This document shows positions 28,369-38,478 of a stretch of DNA of 64,000 bases, one piece after another (within the stretch, counting starts at the first letter, position 1; every line of letters begins with the position of its first letter). A program made the position numbers and the translations under genes. The notes beneath the pieces are model-generated. The model did not search any database and had not been told where the DNA came from. It saw nothing but the letters and a program-made list of their open reading frames with translations. This DNA comes from Candidatus Poribacteria bacterium (GTDB lineage: Bacteria; Poribacteria; WGA-4E; WGA-3G), in NCBI GenBank assembly GCA_965205015.1, contig OZ242029.1, positions 544,001 through 608,000 of the forward strand, given 5' to 3'.

Positions 28369-28530
28369 CACCTTGTGATACTACCCAACGCCTAAAGGCG
28401 TGGGCTTCGGTTTCATAGCGATTGCGGTTTTCGCTCAAGCGTCCACCGTCTTACTATCGCTCCACCAGCAGGCTCTTATTCCGAATCAGATCGGTTTTAT
28501 CTGGCTTAGGTCCAGGGTACCCCAGCCCGC
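28355..28530 (-). ncRNA. Predicted omegaRNA of tnpB element 2 (boundaries approximate)
   Basis: About 155 nt from the tnpB 3' end to the RE are conserved with 50383-50540. The guide would be aaggtgctaccgctcccg. Confidence 0.65.
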
Positions 28531-29682
28531 AAAATGTTTATCGCAGCGTTTATATCTCTGTCGTGGTGTGAACCACAGTCAGAACACGTCCACTCCCTAT
28601 CTGAAAGTGTTAGGGTTTTGTTGTGATAGCCACAATCCGAACAGGGTTTTGTTGTGGCTTCCCAACGTCCCGCTTTCAATAACGTTTTACCATATTTGGC
28701 ACATGTCCATTGGAGGATCCATGAGAACTCACCAAAAGCAAGGTCAGAGATTTTTCGTCCCCACAGGCGTTTCATACCCGATAGGTTCAGCGTCTCAATC
28801 GCAATCTTATCGTATCTACGCACAAGGCGGAGTGCCAACTTGAAAAACCAATCTCGTCTTCTATTGGCTATATCCTTATTGACGCGTGCGAGGTGTCGTT
28901 TGGCACGAAACCAGCCATTAGAAAGATACTGCTTACGAGAGAGTGTCTTGTTTGCGGAACAAATTTCATTGAGACTTTGCTTGAAAAACTCTGGTGAGGC
29001 TATCTTGATACCGTCTGAAAGGGTCAGAAACGTCTTCATACCGAAGTCTGCCCCTGCCGCATTACTGGTCAGTGGGAGTTTTTCGGCGGGTTCTGAACCT
29101 TCACAACTGAGATACAAGTGATAGTCGCCCACAGGATCACGCTTGATTGTTACCGTCTTTATCGTTCCAGTCCATTCACGGTGTTTCCAAAACGTGAACG
29201 ACTTCTTCAGACACTTGATATGAATGCGATTGTCTTTTATCTCATAACCTGCTTGCGTGAACGTCAATGAGTTATACTTGTGTTGTGGCTTTATCTGTGG
29301 CTTGCCGACTTTACGCGGTGATAATCCTTTCTTTTTAGCATCAAGATAGTCAAAGAACTTTTCATAGCCGAGATGGATACGCTTGGCAACCTGTTGTATA
29401 ACTTGGCTCGGTAGTTGTTTCCAATGCGGTTTCGTCCGACGCTTTAACTTCGTTATATGCGAGCAGATACGCCCAAAGGACGCATACTTGCCATAGATAC
29501 GATAATAGCGTCTCTGCAATAAAAGCAAGTGGACATGCACGCCATGCAAGTCGTCAAGCAGATTCCCCATCTGTATGAGATTCGACTGATGATAAAACTC
29601 ATATTTTTCAGTTTTCATGGATTCCCACGTATCACGCCTTTTACCCCAGCTAAAGCATTGGGACCTGACGCCCGAAGTCCCG
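28375..29682 (-). mobile_element. IS200/IS605-family (tnpA-less) element 2
   Basis: On the minus strand: TTTA|cg...AGGT-cccaatgctttagctgggg (LE), tnpB, then GAAG-cccacgcctttaggcgttggg-tagtaTCAC (RE). Ends are shared with the 50383-50827 mini-element. Confidence 0.82.
28506..29618 (-). CDS. tnpB: RNA-guided endonuclease TnpB
   Basis: RuvC 'GADFG', 'IAIETL', 'DRDINAAINI'. Zn ribbon CSDC...CSDC. Confidence 0.95.
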   Translation of the reverse strand: MKTEKYEFYHQSNLIQMGNLLDDLHGVHVHLLLLQRRYYRIYGKYASFGRICSHITKLKRRTKPHWKQLPSQVIQQVAKRIHLGYEKFFDYLDAKKKGLSPRKVGKPQIKPQHKYNSLTFTQAGYEIKDNRIHIKCLKKSFTFWKHREWTGTIKTVTIKRDPVGDYHLYLSCEGSEPAEKLPLTSNAAGADFGMKTFLTLSDGIKIASPEFFKQSLNEICSANKTLSRKQYLSNGWFRAKRHLARVNKDIANRRRDWFFKLALRLVRRYDKIAIETLNLSGMKRLWGRKISDLAFGEFSWILQWTCAKYGKTLLKAGRWEATTKPCSDCGYHNKTLTLSDREWTCSDCGSHHDRDINAAINILRAGVPWT

Positions 29683-29704
29683 TAAATGAGGCGGTTCAGT
29701 TAAT

Positions 29705-30694
29705 CTACTGCTGCTTTACTCGTCCCCATATTCCTGTTGCCAATTGAGGTTGGGGTGCAACCGGCAATGCGAACGCCGGATCGAACCAATCACCTAAAAA
29801 ATGTGGAGGTCCTGATTTGGTAAGCTGCACTGGAGGCCCGCCATTCAACGTTATTTTGAAGATTTGCAGACCATTGTTTGCCTCATGCTGCTCATAAAGG
29901 AGTTCGTCCCCTTGCGGGGACCACACCGGGTTGACAGCAGCTCCTCCGGCTTCACCAACAATTTGTTGGGTTTCCATGCTGCCACGATTTAGAACATAGA
30001 TCGTTTCTATCTGAGCGTTCTCTCGTCGAAACTCAACGCGATTGTACCACGCAAACGCCAATCTATCTCCTTCCGGAGACCATGAATGATGCCGAACCCA
30101 TGCCGGTCCCTTGGGCGGAAAAAAGAACTTATGTTTACGCGTCCGCACATTTAACATACTAATCCGCTTGGGGTCTCCGGGTGCCCCTACACTAAAGGCG
30201 ATCTCCGTACCATCCGGAGACCATGCAGGTAGGCTGCCAAGTGCGATACGATCCTCTTTTTTGCCATCTATTGGCGCAATATAGATAAAGAACTTTCCCT
30301 GTTCCCAGCGGCTGTAAGCAATCTGTTTGCCATCCGGGGACCATGTTGCCCTGCCCCTTGCCGCTTCCTTCTCAAACACGCGCCGCACATTCGATCCATC
30401 GGCATCCATCAGATACAGATCCCAGTCTCCTGGAGCCCCGTCTCGGTCAGAGCTAAAAAGAATCCTTTCGCCCGTCGGAGACCATTTCGGACCGGCATCC
30501 CTTGCGAGATGGTGGGTGAGTCGCACCTCCTCACTGCCATCGGGATCCATCAGAAAAATATCCATATTCCCATCACGCCACGACGAATACGCTATTTTCG
30601 GTGATGTGGGGGCTTCTGCCCATACACCACAAACACTTGAACTTAACAAGCCAACGATCACGACAACAGATAGAAAGAAATATCTATATTGCAC
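29705..30694 (-). CDS. Secreted TolB-like PD40 beta-propeller protein with TWG-like C-terminus
   Basis: GTG after GGAGG, signal peptide, repeated 'WSPDG.IA', ends 'LPVAPQPQLATGIWGRVKQQ'. Confidence 0.85.
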   Translation of the reverse strand: MQYRYFFLSVVVIVGLLSSSVCGVWAEAPTSPKIAYSSWRDGNMDIFLMDPDGSEEVRLTHHLARDAGPKWSPTGERILFSSDRDGAPGDWDLYLMDADGSNVRRVFEKEAARGRATWSPDGKQIAYSRWEQGKFFIYIAPIDGKKEDRIALGSLPAWSPDGTEIAFSVGAPGDPKRISMLNVRTRKHKFFFPPKGPAWVRHHSWSPEGDRLAFAWYNRVEFRRENAQIETIYVLNRGSMETQQIVGEAGGAAVNPVWSPQGDELLYEQHEANNGLQIFKITLNGGPPVQLTKSGPPHFLGDWFDPAFALPVAPQPQLATGIWGRVKQQ

Positions 30695-31044
30695 CAGAAT
30701 CCCTCCACAAGGCAAGCATAAGACCTACTACTATATTAGTCAGTATATACCAATTGCACACAAAAGTAAATATTTTGGGGTCAAGGTTGACGCGAACTCG
30801 ATCCCACCGCATCCCATTTCCTACGGGATGGAATCTGGGGAAAATCCGAAATTCAGATTTGAAAAAAATGTGGAAATGTGATAACATGTTCACAATTTAA
30901 AATTCAAAAACGATAGCCTGCAACAACGGTGCAGGGTTTTTGCAAACGCTAAAAATCCAATGCAAAGAAAGTGTTTCTTCAGATTTCAGGAACGGATCTC
31001 ATAATTTTAACGCCCGCTACTTCTCCGCAAGGTAAATTAAAAAA

Positions 31045-33231
31045 ATGATTATCAGAGTTGACAAAAGCTATCGCCAGAAGAGAGATCTCACCGAACAGCA
31101 GCTTTTCGCGGTGGTTGAACAGAATACGCCGGATTCCATAAAAACACCCCTGTTTCCACAAGATGAACCCAATGCATTCACGTTTCAACTTGATAAGGAA
31201 CTGATTGCGCGTTTGAACCTCTGGGAATGGTTCCGTAACTACGCGAAAGAGGCACAAGTCTCGACCGCCGGTATCCGCGGTCCACAGAATATTTTATACC
31301 CTTGGGACACCCGCTTCCCAATTAATCAGATCGGGATTGCTTTAGCGACGCTCGGCAAGAGTCTTGTTGCAAACGAGAACGCAAGCGGAAAGCAGGTTAA
31401 GAAAATCGCAGGATGCGAGGTGCGCTACAACTCACAGAAATATGTCGAGTCCATCGCCCGCATTCAAGCCGCACAAGGGATTCGGACGTATGTACCGAAA
31501 TCATTTGGCACATTACCTATCTGGATGGCATCCTTCCTGATTTTCATGCTCGACCTGGACGGTGGTGAACATGTCACGTCAAGCCACTCCGTCAGCACAA
31601 AAAACGCCACCAAAGACCTCAACAATCAAGGAAGTCAATATCTGCCCGAGGAATCCATGCGATTCGTCAACAAAATTGAAGAGATCCTCAAGATCGCTGA
31701 GACGGACGGCTATCCCATTCAGTTCAGTGCTGTTACCGATGCGCATATCGACTTTGAACGATTGGATGAACTCCATGACGGTGTCCAACTCTATGTCGGC
31801 TATCTCAAAGGCGGTGTCGCCACAGATACCAACCTCAAACTCATTCGAGCGACGAAACCCTCCATCGTCGTCGATTGCGTCGGTGGGTGTATGTATCGTC
31901 CGATGCGTGCCATCTTTGAACGATTGGGAATCGCTAACTCCGTTCGCTGGCTCCACGTTGAGGCGGACCCACTCTATCATAATATTGGAAAACTGGACCG
32001 GAATCCGAAAACGGGTGAAGCTGAATTTTACGATCTCGGTTGCGACTTCAGTATCCTTGATGTCGTCACATCCACAGATTACGCAACGAAACTCAAATCG
32101 CAGCCTATCGGTACCATTATCGAAGCAACCGACCCAGATGGCGATCGACTCATCGTTTGTGAGATAGAAAACGCATCGCGGGCGGAAACATTGGCGTCTC
32201 TTGGCGTTGACTTCCTCGATCTCGGTGATGACCGACTTCTGACGATTTACACACCGAATCAAGCGTTTCTTATGCTGATGGACTTCTACGCCAAGCAACT
32301 GAAAGCCTCCGGTCTTTGGGCGGATCATCCGCGGTTCATGATTAAGACAACACCCTCCGCGCTCGCTTGGGATCAGTGGGGTGATGCGAACAATGTGAAG
32401 GTCATTAACGTTCCTGTCGGTTTCAAGGAGATTGCAGCAATTATGAAAAAGATTGAACGGCAGTTGGCTGATGCCCCAGAGGCACCCGTTGTTGTTCAAG
32501 ATGTCTACGGCGAGACGATTTCACTCGGGGTCCAACCGCGACTGATTTTCGCAGGTGAAGAGAGCGGCGGAATGATTACCGGTCCTGAGGAACTCATCCA
32601 GAGCCAAGGCGGTCGTACCGCGATTGCGATGCGTGAAAAGTCGGCAGGTGAATCCATGGTTTTGGTTACAGCACTCGCAGCACATTGCAAAGCCGCAAAT
32701 GTTACGCTCTCTGACTATCTTGCCGCTGTCTTTGCGGAGAGCCAAATCACCGCAATGTATGACGTGAGAGAGGACATCACCTATTACAATGAATCTGAGC
32801 CGAATCCTGAAAAACTCCAAGCAGCGAAGCGCGAAGGCGAGGCGAAACGCGATAAAAACGACCTGTTTTTCCTTGGTATCGCCATTGCCCTACGCGACGG
32901 AAAAATAGATGTAGAACAAGCCCGTGCCCTCCTTTCAGATGCGCTGCCGAGTCTTAATTTCACAACGCTTGAGGATGTCAGATTTGTCGGCGACGGGAGT
33001 TATCTCAAGTTTCGTGATAAGTGTGTTGAGGTCCGAAAGTCCGGTACTGATGCGAAAACCAAAGCCTACGCCTCCGGTAGCAATAAGGAGGAGTGTCGGC
33101 AGTTCGCCAAAGCCTTCGGTGAGGCGAGCGGGGAATTAACCGAACTTTACACCGAACAAATAGGTCAAAATTACTTAGGGAATGTTGAAAATAGAGCACG
33201 ACAGATTTATGATGCCTTTCAGTCAGGTTAA
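31045..33231 (+). CDS. Phosphoglucomutase/phosphomannomutase-superfamily protein (divergent, long)
   Basis: 'STAGIRG', phosphoserine loop 'TSSHS', metal loop 'DPDGDR', 'PVGFK', 'GEESGG', 'VRKSGT'. Confidence 0.85.
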   Translation: MIIRVDKSYRQKRDLTEQQLFAVVEQNTPDSIKTPLFPQDEPNAFTFQLDKELIARLNLWEWFRNYAKEAQVSTAGIRGPQNILYPWDTRFPINQIGIALATLGKSLVANENASGKQVKKIAGCEVRYNSQKYVESIARIQAAQGIRTYVPKSFGTLPIWMASFLIFMLDLDGGEHVTSSHSVSTKNATKDLNNQGSQYLPEESMRFVNKIEEILKIAETDGYPIQFSAVTDAHIDFERLDELHDGVQLYVGYLKGGVATDTNLKLIRATKPSIVVDCVGGCMYRPMRAIFERLGIANSVRWLHVEADPLYHNIGKLDRNPKTGEAEFYDLGCDFSILDVVTSTDYATKLKSQPIGTIIEATDPDGDRLIVCEIENASRAETLASLGVDFLDLGDDRLLTIYTPNQAFLMLMDFYAKQLKASGLWADHPRFMIKTTPSALAWDQWGDANNVKVINVPVGFKEIAAIMKKIERQLADAPEAPVVVQDVYGETISLGVQPRLIFAGEESGGMITGPEELIQSQGGRTAIAMREKSAGESMVLVTALAAHCKAANVTLSDYLAAVFAESQITAMYDVREDITYYNESEPNPEKLQAAKREGEAKRDKNDLFFLGIAIALRDGKIDVEQARALLSDALPSLNFTTLEDVRFVGDGSYLKFRDKCVEVRKSGTDAKTKAYASGSNKEECRQFAKAFGEASGELTELYTEQIGQNYLGNVENRARQIYDAFQSG

Positions 33232-33349
33232 TAGCAGTCAGCGATCAGAAAAATAACCCTTAGCAGTTGGCAATCAGCAGTTAGTAAGAGAATGTAACTT
33301 CACCAGAAACCTCTTTGCTGAAGGCTGAAAGCCGATGGCTGATGGCTAA
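33232..33349. repeat. Inverted arrays of ~7-nt (tcagc/gctga) short repeats
   Basis: gcagtcagcgatcag...gcaatcagcagttag faces gctgaaggctgaaagccgatggctgatggc. Similar tracts at 34497-34650 and 43375-43465. Confidence 0.6.
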
Positions 33350-33366
33350 TCAAAAAGGAGATTACC

Positions 33367-34491
33367 ATGACAAGAACAAGTATCCCCCTTTTCGCAACGC
33401 TTATTGGTGTTGCTATCTTCTTTTCTCACGCAACAGTTTCCGATGCCGAGTGGACGATCCTGCGCGAAGACAACTTCGTCCGAGATGATGGAATTCACGC
33501 GAGGTTACAAGATGTCTATTTCAGGGATACCTTGAACGGTTTGGTCGTTGGAGATGACGGTTTAATATTGGTGACGACGGACGGTGGCAAAATCTGGGGC
33601 AAAATCGAAGTTGATATGCGTCCCCCCGGTGCCCAGCAAAGACAAGGTGGACGTCCGGGTGCTGGCGGTGGTCCCCCGGGTGGCGGTGGCGGTCCTCCAC
33701 CTGGTTTCGGTGGTGGTGGCGGTGGCGCACCGCTCTATAATATCTACTTTGTAGATGAAAACGTCGGATTTATCACGGGTGGTAGAGCGACTATTCTGAA
33801 AACCGAAGATGGCGGTAAAACTTGGGCACGGAAAATGGCGATGAGCGACACCCCAGGACGGGATGGAAGACCAGGACGCCTTCGCGCCAATCTGATGGGT
33901 ATCCAGATGATCAGCGAGACGACCGGTTTCATTGCTGGATCGGAGAATACAATTCTCAAAACAACCGATGGCGGTGAAACATGGATAGGCAGTTCCGAAC
34001 GAGCACGTGTCGGCGAAACCCGAAACAACCTTGAGAATATCTGGTTCGTCTCCCCAACAACCGGCTGGATTATCGGTTCATTCGGGACGCTCATGCATAC
34101 CACGGATGGCGGTGAAACCTGGGAGAAACGCAACCTTGCAAGCTTCGATGATAACCTGTTTGGTATCCATTTCCTTGATGAAAATACCGGTTGGATCTGC
34201 GGACAGGGGGGCTTAATCTTGCACACCACCGATGGGGGCAAAACCTGGAATAAGCAAAAAACTGAATCTTATGACGATCTCCACGATATTATTTTCGTTG
34301 ATGCCATGGTCGGTTGGGTAGTCGGGGGCTACAACACTATTTTACACACCACCGATGGGGGCAAAACTTGGAATAAGCCCACTGCATCGGTGAGTGGAAT
34401 TGATAGTTTTAAAGGCGTTTATGCAATCGATCAGAACAACTGTTGGACTGTCAACGATGGGGGTATCATCACAGGATACAAAGGGCAATAG
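33367..34491 (+). CDS. YCF48-related/BNR-repeat secreted beta-propeller protein
   Basis: Signal peptide and repeated 'G.ILHTTDGGKTW' units, with a Gly/Pro-rich insertion. Confidence 0.88.
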   Translation: MTRTSIPLFATLIGVAIFFSHATVSDAEWTILREDNFVRDDGIHARLQDVYFRDTLNGLVVGDDGLILVTTDGGKIWGKIEVDMRPPGAQQRQGGRPGAGGGPPGGGGGPPPGFGGGGGGAPLYNIYFVDENVGFITGGRATILKTEDGGKTWARKMAMSDTPGRDGRPGRLRANLMGIQMISETTGFIAGSENTILKTTDGGETWIGSSERARVGETRNNLENIWFVSPTTGWIIGSFGTLMHTTDGGETWEKRNLASFDDNLFGIHFLDENTGWICGQGGLILHTTDGGKTWNKQKTESYDDLHDIIFVDAMVGWVVGGYNTILHTTDGGKTWNKPTASVSGIDSFKGVYAIDQNNCWTVNDGGIITGYKGQ

Positions 34492-34529
34492 TTAATGGCT
34501 GTCAGCCATCGGTTTCCGTCAGCAAGAAA

Positions 34530-34630
34530 CTGGACTGGAAGACTCTCGGATGGAAGGGGGAAGGGGGAAGATTGGGGAATATCCCTCCTTCCAGTCTTCC
34601 AGCCTTCCAATCACCAGCCTTCCGACCAAG
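34530..34630. repeat. Inverted 7-8-nt ggaag/cttcc repeat array
   Basis: tggaagactc..ggaagggggaagggggaag faces ccttccagtcttccagccttcc. Similar tract at 38409-38460. Confidence 0.6.
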
Positions 34631-34670
34631 TCCCATCTGTCGATAGCCACACGAACTGAAAGGACAGAAT

Positions 34671-35882
34671 ATGTCAGAACTCAGAAGTCATAAAGTCACA
34701 ATGCTCGGGACTGGGCTCATCGGAATGTTCTACACGATGACGCTCCACAATCAACGCGGGACAGACCGCGTCCACAACGTTTACTCTCGACGTGAAGAAC
34801 GTGCGACAGCGTTCGCCGAAGAGTGGACTATCCCTCACGCAACAACCGATCTATCAGAGGCGATCAATCATCCTGAAACGGATGTCGTCGTCATCGGATT
34901 ACCTAACAATTTGCATCTAAAGGCGGTTGAACTCGCTGCAGCAGCCGGCAAAGGTATTCTCTGTACGAAACCGCTTGGACGTACCGCTGAAGAGGCAAAA
35001 GCGATGTTGGACATCGTTGAAAACGCAGGCGTGTTTGGCGGTTATCTTGAAGACCTCGTCTATCCGCCCAAAACCCTCAAAGCGTTAGAATCCGTCCAAA
35101 ACGGGGCACTCGGTAAGATTCTATGGGTGCGTTCCCGTGAGACGCATCCCGGTCCGCACAGTGATTGGTTCTGGGATCTGGAACAAGCGGGCGGCGGTGC
35201 CATTGTTGACATGGGATGCCACTGCATCGAGATCATCCGAAACTTCGTCGGGAAAAACAACAGACCGCTTGAAGTGATGTGTTGGGCGGACACGCTCGTT
35301 CACCCGATTGATGCTGAAGATCACGGCATTGCACTCATCCGATTCGAGAGCGGGGCAATGGGGCAATTTGAGGTAGGCTGGGCATTTCGCGGGGGTATGG
35401 ATTTACGCGACGAAGTCTCCGGTAGCGAAGGGACTATCTGGCTCAACCATTGGCTCCGCACAGGCTATGAGATGTTCACGGCTGTTGGACAAGGTGGATA
35501 TGTCGCCGAGAAAGCGGAGAGTGACACCGGTTGGCTCTTCCCCGTTGGCGATGAGGTCGCGGAACTTGGCTATCGCGATATGTTCCTTGATATGTTCAAC
35601 GCGATTGACGAAGGACGTGAACCACTGGAAACCTTCTACGATGGCTACGTCGTAAACGCGATTATCGATGCCTGCTATAAATCCGCCAAATCCAAGCAGT
35701 GGGAAGCCGTTGAAATTCAGGATTGGCGAGGTACCACTGAAACCGCTGACGCACAAGCGAGTCAGCCGGGCACTGATGAGCGATATGCTCCGCTCAAGAG
35801 TGAACGGATGCCGGATGGCAGAATGAAACGCATCTTCAGGGATCGGGAAACGGGAGAAATTATTGAGAAGGTAGAGGATTAA
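34671..35882 (+). CDS. Gfo/Idh/MocA family oxidoreductase
   Basis: 'GTGLIG', 'CTKPLG', '[14 protein letters not shown]'. Confidence 0.9.
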   Translation: MSELRSHKVTMLGTGLIGMFYTMTLHNQRGTDRVHNVYSRREERATAFAEEWTIPHATTDLSEAINHPETDVVVIGLPNNLHLKAVELAAAAGKGILCTKPLGRTAEEAKAMLDIVENAGVFGGYLEDLVYPPKTLKALESVQNGALGKILWVRSRETHPGPHSDWFWDLEQAGGGAIVDMGCHCIEIIRNFVGKNNRPLEVMCWADTLVHPIDAEDHGIALIRFESGAMGQFEVGWAFRGGMDLRDEVSGSEGTIWLNHWLRTGYEMFTAVGQGGYVAEKAESDTGWLFPVGDEVAELGYRDMFLDMFNAIDEGREPLETFYDGYVVNAIIDACYKSAKSKQWEAVEIQDWRGTTETADAQASQPGTDERYAPLKSERMPDGRMKRIFRDRETGEIIEKVED

Positions 35883-35975
35883 ACGGCGATCGTAGTTCGG
35901 TTTGCAGGAGCACGATTGAAGGTCACACGACTATTGTTTATGAACTGATCAGGTTAAACATAGGAGGGACTTCCG

Positions 35976-36734
35976 ATGAATCACATCCTAACAGCTATTG
36001 TCCTTGCTCTATGTCTTGGCGTAAGTTGTTTCGCTGCGTTTGAAGAAGACACTGTGCTGCTATACCTCTTTGATGAAGAGACAGCCGATGAAGCGATAGA
36101 CGCATCCGATTTTGAGAACCATGGGGAAGCCACCGATACTGAATGGACAAAGGACGGAAAAAATGGGGGTGCCATGGTGTTTGATGGCGCGAGCAGCGTC
36201 ATTGAGGTGCCGCATCACGAAAGTCTCTTTCCTGGAGGCGATGAACTAACGATCGAGGCGTGGTTCAAGCCGGCTTCATTTCCAGGTGGACACCCACCGA
36301 TTGCACGGAAAGGCTCTGTCCCTGAAAGCGGATGGGGCTTTGATACACCCGGCGGAAAGATTCGCGGATTCGTCTATACTGCTCCGGGGGACCCCGTTGT
36401 TGTACAAGGAACGACCCCGATGAAAGTAGACACATGGCATCACCTCGCCATGGTCTACGACGGGAAAGAAATCCGCATCTATCTGGACGGTGAACTGGAG
36501 GGAGAAGTCCCGCGAAAGGGAGACATCAACAAAAACGAAGCCTCGGTCTGGATCGGTAAGAAAGCAATTGAAAGTGTCTGGCTTGATGGAACGCTTGATG
36601 AACTCCGAATTCTCAACATCGCCATCACGCAAGAACAGATCCAAGCGGATATGGAAGGCATCGTGTTTGCCGTTGAAGTCACTGGGAAACTCACAACGAC
36701 ATGGGGACGGATTAAAACGCAAATCCGCCGTTAG
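35976..36734 (+). CDS. Secreted LamG domain protein with TWG C-terminal motif
   Basis: Signal peptide, 'LLYLFDE', 'LTIEAWFKP', 'WHHLAMVYDG', ends 'AVEVTGKLTTTWGRIK'. Confidence 0.88.
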   Translation: MNHILTAIVLALCLGVSCFAAFEEDTVLLYLFDEETADEAIDASDFENHGEATDTEWTKDGKNGGAMVFDGASSVIEVPHHESLFPGGDELTIEAWFKPASFPGGHPPIARKGSVPESGWGFDTPGGKIRGFVYTAPGDPVVVQGTTPMKVDTWHHLAMVYDGKEIRIYLDGELEGEVPRKGDINKNEASVWIGKKAIESVWLDGTLDELRILNIAITQEQIQADMEGIVFAVEVTGKLTTTWGRIKTQIRR

Positions 36735-36752
36735 CAGCGAAAGGGGATAACA

Positions 36753-37604
36753 ATGGATACAAGTTGGCTGGAATACTGTGCTACGGAAGAACAACTCAAG
36801 GCATTCAATGACGAGGGTTACCTTATTGTCGAAAACGCCATAAGTTCTGAAATGGTGGACGCGTTGGAGGTCGTCGCAGATCGGCTTGATGCAGAAGAAC
36901 GCGCCAAAACGGGTTTAGCACCGCACGAATTGTTGTCGAAGTTCCGCACCGTCATTGAAGACGATGTCCTGCTGGAGCTGCTTGATAACAAGAAGGTCTT
37001 TCCGCTGCTCTGGGACATTCTGGGATGGAACATCCAACTCTACATCTCGCACCTCATCATGTACCCGCCAGAACCTCCCGATAAGCCGCGGGTTCGTAAA
37101 GGGGCGCATTGGCATCAAGACGGCGGTAGACCCGTGCCGGAGATGGAGCGTCCACACCCGCGACTCTCCTTGAAAGTTAGCTACTGGTTGAGCGACGTTA
37201 CCCACCGCGACAACGGCGCGATGCGCATTGTCCCCTGTAGCCACAAACTCGACACCCGTCCACCCAACGGCGACAACGATCCTGATGCGGATCCGGAAGG
37301 TGCGATAGATCTGACCGTCGAGCGCGGGACGGCAGTTCTGTTTGATCGCCGGATGTGGCACTCCCGTGGCTGGAATTTTTCTGACGTAACTCGGAAAGTC
37401 TTGTTTATGGGTTATAGTTACCGTTGGTTGCGTGGCTTAGATTACAACCTCATGCCACCCGAAATCCTTGAGAAATGCGATCCGATTCGACGGCAGTTGC
37501 TGGGAGACGGTGTAGACATTAAAGGGTGGTGGCAGCCCACAGACGCAGACGTGCCTTTAAAGACATGGATTGCGGAGCATCGGGGAGAGGAATACGTGCA
37601 GTAG
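36753..37604 (+). CDS. Phytanoyl-CoA dioxygenase (PhyH) family Fe(II)/2OG dioxygenase
   Basis: 'WHQD', 'NGAMRIVPCSH', 'FDRRMWH'. Confidence 0.9.
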   Translation: MDTSWLEYCATEEQLKAFNDEGYLIVENAISSEMVDALEVVADRLDAEERAKTGLAPHELLSKFRTVIEDDVLLELLDNKKVFPLLWDILGWNIQLYISHLIMYPPEPPDKPRVRKGAHWHQDGGRPVPEMERPHPRLSLKVSYWLSDVTHRDNGAMRIVPCSHKLDTRPPNGDNDPDADPEGAIDLTVERGTAVLFDRRMWHSRGWNFSDVTRKVLFMGYSYRWLRGLDYNLMPPEILEKCDPIRRQLLGDGVDIKGWWQPTDADVPLKTWIAEHRGEEYVQ

Positions 37605-37632
37605 TTGTTGAGGGATGCGTGTCGCTAAGCAG

Positions 37633-38361
37633 TTAGGTATCGTCATCGGATTTCTCCGACGGTATGCGTTTGGACGGATCATACGGGACATATTTGATGC
37701 CGTTGCGTTTATCTTCTTCCTCCAGTGCCTTCACATACGCAAAGAATTCATCCAGAGTTTTGAATTTCGCACTCAGTTCTGCTTTGATGCGATAGCATTC
37801 TTCAAGAATGGGATCCGTATATGTTTCAGGGTCAAACTCTGGATGTTTTTCAGGAACTTCTTTCATCTGAATGTCCTCCATTAATGCTATAGGTGTACAA
37901 ATGGCTATGGGTTGAAATCCAGCATTTCGGCAAACCTGATTGATACGTTCACGTTTGTGTTCATTTACAATATGCTTGTAGTTCCACGATACCAAATATT
38001 CAACGCTGTGTACCGTTGCGATAGCGATATGCTGGGCATCAAATACAGAACCCCATGGTAATGCCCCGGAATCAAGCAGTTTTTCCACAAGCATATCCAT
38101 ATCAGGTGAAACTTCCAATATCGTTAGCGAAGATACCACATCAAGTCGTTTTTGTGCTGCAGTTGCGTCGCCTTGCCTAATCTCGTCGCGAACTATCGGT
38201 GAAATGACAAACTCAAATCTGTCCGCATAGTCTTCCCACAACTGTCGACTTGCTTCTTGCCGGGCTGCTAAGATTGGATTGTTACTCGGTCTCGCAACCA
38301 AGTAACTAACAACTGTTGGTTCAATATAGACTCTTGGCTTTATCGTTGTATATTTTAGCAC
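37633..38361 (-). CDS. PIN-domain (VapC-like) protein fused in frame to a small 'DPILEECYR' domain
   Basis: 'VYIEPTVVSYL', 'DAQHIAIA', 'YLVSWNYKHIVN'. The C-terminal 77 aa are homologous to stand-alone ORF 62413..62610. Confidence 0.82.
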   Translation of the reverse strand: MLKYTTIKPRVYIEPTVVSYLVARPSNNPILAARQEASRQLWEDYADRFEFVISPIVRDEIRQGDATAAQKRLDVVSSLTILEVSPDMDMLVEKLLDSGALPWGSVFDAQHIAIATVHSVEYLVSWNYKHIVNEHKRERINQVCRNAGFQPIAICTPIALMEDIQMKEVPEKHPEFDPETYTDPILEECYRIKAELSAKFKTLDEFFAYVKALEEEDKRNGIKYVPYDPSKRIPSEKSDDDT

Positions 38362-38478
38362 AAAATACTGCTTCTTTCAAATCAAACCGCTGGTATAGTG
38401 AAAGCATAGAAGGATGGCAGATTGTGAGGTAGTTGCTCTTCCATCCTTCCATCCTTCCAACCCAAACTTAAGACAGCA

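Noticed and set aside
22892-29618. Either TnpB as a nuclease-dead TldR-type regulator or a Cas12
   Set aside because: Both keep the D-E-D RuvC residues and transposon ends, and there is no CRISPR array.
30876-30895. CRP/Rex-like site tgtga-N8-tcaca upstream of the PGM-like gene
   Set aside because: The spacing is 8 rather than the canonical 6, and a single instance cannot be assigned.
31579-32499. Long antisense ORF (306 aa) and similar shadow ORFs elsewhere
   Set aside because: They lie fully opposite well-supported genes and have no motifs.
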